Source: Bacteroidota bacterium (GTDB taxonomy: Bacteria; Bacteroidota; Ignavibacteria; UBA10030). From it: a stretch of 37,704 bases of DNA. Every line of letters begins with the position of its first letter. Within the stretch, counting starts at the first letter, position 1. Of the stretch, positions 36,401 through 37,704 are shown piece by piece. The stretch lies in assembly GCA_041480785.1 (NCBI GenBank), contig JBGPAN010000001.1, positions 1 through 37,704 of the forward strand, given 5' to 3'. The notes under the pieces were generated by a model, which was given only the letters and a program-made list of their open reading frames with translations, was not told the DNA's origin and did no database searches. The position numbers and the translations under genes were made by a program.

Positions 36401-37040
36401 GACGGCGGGAGAGCGCTATACCACAGAGGTCTCTGCCATACATCCGCGGTCGATCCAAAACTGGATCGGTGTTTCTGACAACGAGATCGGCGTTACTATC
36501 AGTTCAAGTGTTGCTGTGTGGGATTACCGGGATCCAACCGATCAGCCAATGAACTCACCCGTGCTGCAACCGGTGCTCCTAGCATCACGCAGAAGTTGTC
36601 ACGGGGCAGGTCCGTGGTATCTGCAAGCGGGAGATCATCATTACAGATTTTCTCTTACAACACATCGACCGGGCTGGAGAAATGGTAGGCGCTTTGGCGT
36701 AAGCGCCAACACCCCCTTGGCTGTTGTGTTTAACCCGAGCGCATCAGCGAAACCGACGCTTCCCGAAGAGAAGGGCTTCTTCTCCCTCAGTGTCGACAAC
36801 ATCGCCCTCAGCACCATCAAGAAATGCGATGATGACGATAACGTGATTATCCGTCTCTACGAAGACGCTGGAAAAGATGTATCGGCGCGGTTACGTTTCG
36901 CTGCGCCTCTTCGGGGAGTCGAGATGACGAATATCATCGAGGAAGAGGGAAAACCCGGTCAATTCAAGCTCGACGAGGTGACATTCGGTTTGACACATTA
37001 TTCCATTCAAACGATGAAGGTGTTTCCGCTGTTTCGGTAG
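33447..37040 (+). CDS. Glycoside hydrolase family 38 alpha-mannosidase with a ~330-aa N-terminal extension
   Basis: LHLIISTHQDIAWMD...GRLGVGASYNQPYEDLCSGE...YWNPDVPGRTMQMPQIMQKAGV is the GH38 N-domain (HxD metal site). The central and C-terminal GH38 domains follow. Signal peptide after MRVSHMSWKLRSTVVALMVLVAAGISFGQ. ATG 33462 is an alternative start. Confidence 0.85.
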   Translation: MRVSHMSWKLRSTVVALMVLVAAGISFGQFKESVERNARALQKIRGCVEGYAEAISGEVIDYPRIRDNRPEALITRATTGTMAIEWKSQRVPATTSGKEVSFVVSAGIMARPNTVFGFRLLVNNTAGCHFSTVDTLSWEATDSSGIRLVFDGVMRDQHTDAFGYLRIYVPVELITPGQPVRFKAIGDSAGSRVWFMVFKDSAVLAYVAERVANEAFCDISLQTSGAQYAAMLDVPSSWIARHLTCAAGGTQPRAINIAAETFGAHAAFTFAGKPTDRFQLNVDGETPVDIKNLSGTVNETKLFSRSLQSLKGRSTSNSGYSLEYRSTYAPHLGQSLIELSDVNKAGSKLHLIISTHQDIAWMDSPEQCIKDRDEKILTPTLEIMKTDPNYRFDLEDVLFLREYVERHPDRKEELRKYIAEGRLGVGASYNQPYEDLCSGEMLVREFYAGRKWFRKNFPGCDTRTYWNPDVPGRTMQMPQIMQKAGVNHLLISRFEKGLYTWLSPDGSGVLTFSPGHYGDFFERVGRKGFPEIAGYVASFARNWSSSIKNGSANAPIVSMSDMSTPVRYDDMIETWNGIKSLNQLSGEMRALVLPPIRYSNAEPFLNAVSSENLLLPVVKGERPNIWLYIHGPTHHWAVSAKREADVTLPAAETFSTIDALLAKSFAHYPQKELTSAWESQIYPDHGWGGKNGEITDSTFRAKYEYVRDVAKSVLARSTGAIAVRIRTSQSKGIPVVVFNSLSWKRTNAVRFTVTFPVGAQKKGVAVHDAGGRPLPSQILSVSQHGDGSIRSIELLFTATDVPPVGYATYYLRPSPRAAVPDTTSAPLAILQNRFYRVFLGEGGVRQIIDAELNREILNTEKFLGGELFTMQSVGEDAGEWSEPQQPTMEGFERLSSYRPVWRLAESGPVRQVVEMKQEINHATLLQRVILYSELKQIDFETSLLKWDGAKYREFRLAFPLKMQRGQVAYEVPFGTVEVGNDEMKGTAGERYTTEVSAIHPRSIQNWIGVSDNEIGVTISSSVAVWDYRDPTDQPMNSPVLQPVLLASRRSCHGAGPWYLQAGDHHYRFSLTTHRPGWRNGRRFGVSANTPLAVVFNPSASAKPTLPEEKGFFSLSVDNIALSTIKKCDDDDNVIIRLYEDAGKDVSARLRFAAPLRGVEMTNIIEEEGKPGQFKLDEVTFGLTHYSIQTMKVFPLFR

Positions 37041-37129
37041 AGTTGCCAGGTTTGTCTTTCGATCCATCGAAATTGTAACCGGGTCTGTCATCAATTCGTT
37101 TTGTTCGACCACGAGAATCATCCCCACTC

Positions 37130-37158
37130 TTGCAACTGCAATCGTCGTGTCGTATATT
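37130..37158 (+). promoter_or_regulatory. Possible promoter of tRNA-Gly (TTGCAA-17 nt-TATATT)
   Basis: TTGCAA at 37130-37135, a 17-nt spacer, TATATT at 37153-37158, 45 nt upstream of the tRNA. Confidence 0.35.
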
Positions 37159-37202
37159 TGTATCACAACGGTGCCATGAGAGTGCCGTTGTTTATCTTCT
37201 GC

Positions 37203-37274
<72 letters not shown>

Positions 37275-37283
37275 CATCAAAAA

Positions 37284-37314
37284 GGGGTTAGCAATAATTG
37301 CTAGCCCCTTTTTT
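37284..37314. terminator. Bidirectional intrinsic terminator shared by tRNA-Gly (+) and hrpB (-)
   Basis: AAAAA-GGGGTTAGCA-ataat-TGCTAGCCCC-TTTTTT. It is a 10-bp stem with one G-U pair, flanked by an A-run and a T-run, so it reads as a terminator on both strands. Confidence 0.75.
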
Positions 37315-37410
37315 GCTTTTCGCGTCTCAGGGTTCGTTTTCAATATTCGATCCCCGCCCTCAGGAGATTCCAAAGTCGAACCGCAAATGTTGAGCAACGA
37401 GGCAGAAGTA

Positions 37411-37704
37411 CTATCGCTTCCGAATTGTTCTGCGGGTGGGTGTGGCCGCGAGCGGGTTCTCCGGCCACGGATGCTTAGGATACCGAGCGCGGAGCTGCTT
37501 TCTGATCTCCGGATAGGTGTTTTGCCAAAAACTGCGGAGGTCTTGTGTTACAGCGAGTGGCCGTCCGGCCGGAGAGAGCAGGTGGATGGTGACCGGTGTT
37601 GTTCCAGCCCCGACGCGGGGTGTTTCGGTCAATCCAAAGATCTCTTGCAGTTTTACCGAAAGCGCTGGGTAACCAGCTACATTGTACTCAACCGCGACAC
37701 GTGA
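37411..37704 (-). CDS. hrpB: ATP-dependent helicase HrpB, C-terminal end (5' part outside the window)
   Basis: The minus strand is open from the window edge: ...VKLQEIFGLTETPRVGAGTTPVTIHLLSPAGRPLAVTQDLRSFWQNTYPEIRKQLRARYPKHPWPENPL... This is the conserved HrpB C-terminal domain (LLSPA.RP..T.DL..FW...Y..V....RGRYPKH.WP). The track shows only the part after an internal TTG. Confidence 0.8.
   Translation of the reverse strand, partial: SRVAVEYNVAGYPALSVKLQEIFGLTETPRVGAGTTPVTIHLLSPAGRPLAVTQDLRSFWQNTYPEIRKQLRARYPKHPWPENPLAATPTRRTIRKR

Noticed and set aside
37330-37370. TTCGATCCCCGCCCTCAGGA downstream of tRNA-Gly looked like a tRNA 3' fragment, which could mark an att-site remnant of an integrated element.
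   Set aside because: I could not form a T-stem with the preceding bases. It is not a copy of the 3' end of the adjacent tRNA-Gly, and no integrase or island lies next to it.

Overview
37.7-kb chromosomal segment, coded almost entirely on the plus strand. The source is a bacterium, probably of the Fibrobacteres-Chlorobi-Bacteroidetes group. Supporting this: one protein ends in a T9SS sorting domain of the ...YQNYPNPFNPST... type, and there are many secreted glycoside hydrolases and lipoproteins. The code is standard: TAA, TAG and TGA each terminate several clearly delimited genes. All family calls are motif recognition by eye, with no searches run. Housekeeping content: partial trmH/spoU-type methylase, orphan STAS protein, DoxX, msrA, an AddA/AddB-type helicase-nuclease pair, an Asp/Glu-type racemase, tRNA-Gly(CCC) and the 3' end of hrpB. 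Glycan-degradation content: GH3 with a PA14 insert, GH116, GH29 fucosidase, GH38 mannosidase, a LamG lipoprotein, a PHP-type phosphoesterase with T9SS tail, and a CBM9/DUF5916 outer-membrane protein. Accessory or unusual parts: (1) a lower-GC two-gene type II restriction-modification module (16037-18864). Its 600-aa methyltransferase carries a degenerate extra half-methylase domain, a CxxC module and a C-terminal helix repeat. (2) An intact HUH/Y1 RAYT-type transposase gene wedged between GH116 and GH29 with overlaps at both ends, and a ~70-nt hairpin-bearing repeat present twice downstream. (3) A decaying stretch at 26.5-33.5 kb with an in-frame TGA, an in-frame TAG and a probable frameshift in three different genes. 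The amidohydrolase gene in this stretch is bracketed by 45-nt direct repeats that duplicate the 3' end of the upstream gene. (4) An uncharacterised operon at 1376-4565: an output-less CHASE2-like membrane protein, a 3-TM protein of unknown fold, and a secreted GHSGG hydrolase. No CRISPR array, rRNA, integrase or phage genes were seen. I cannot show that any of these is a complete new system; the candidates are ranked in the findings.
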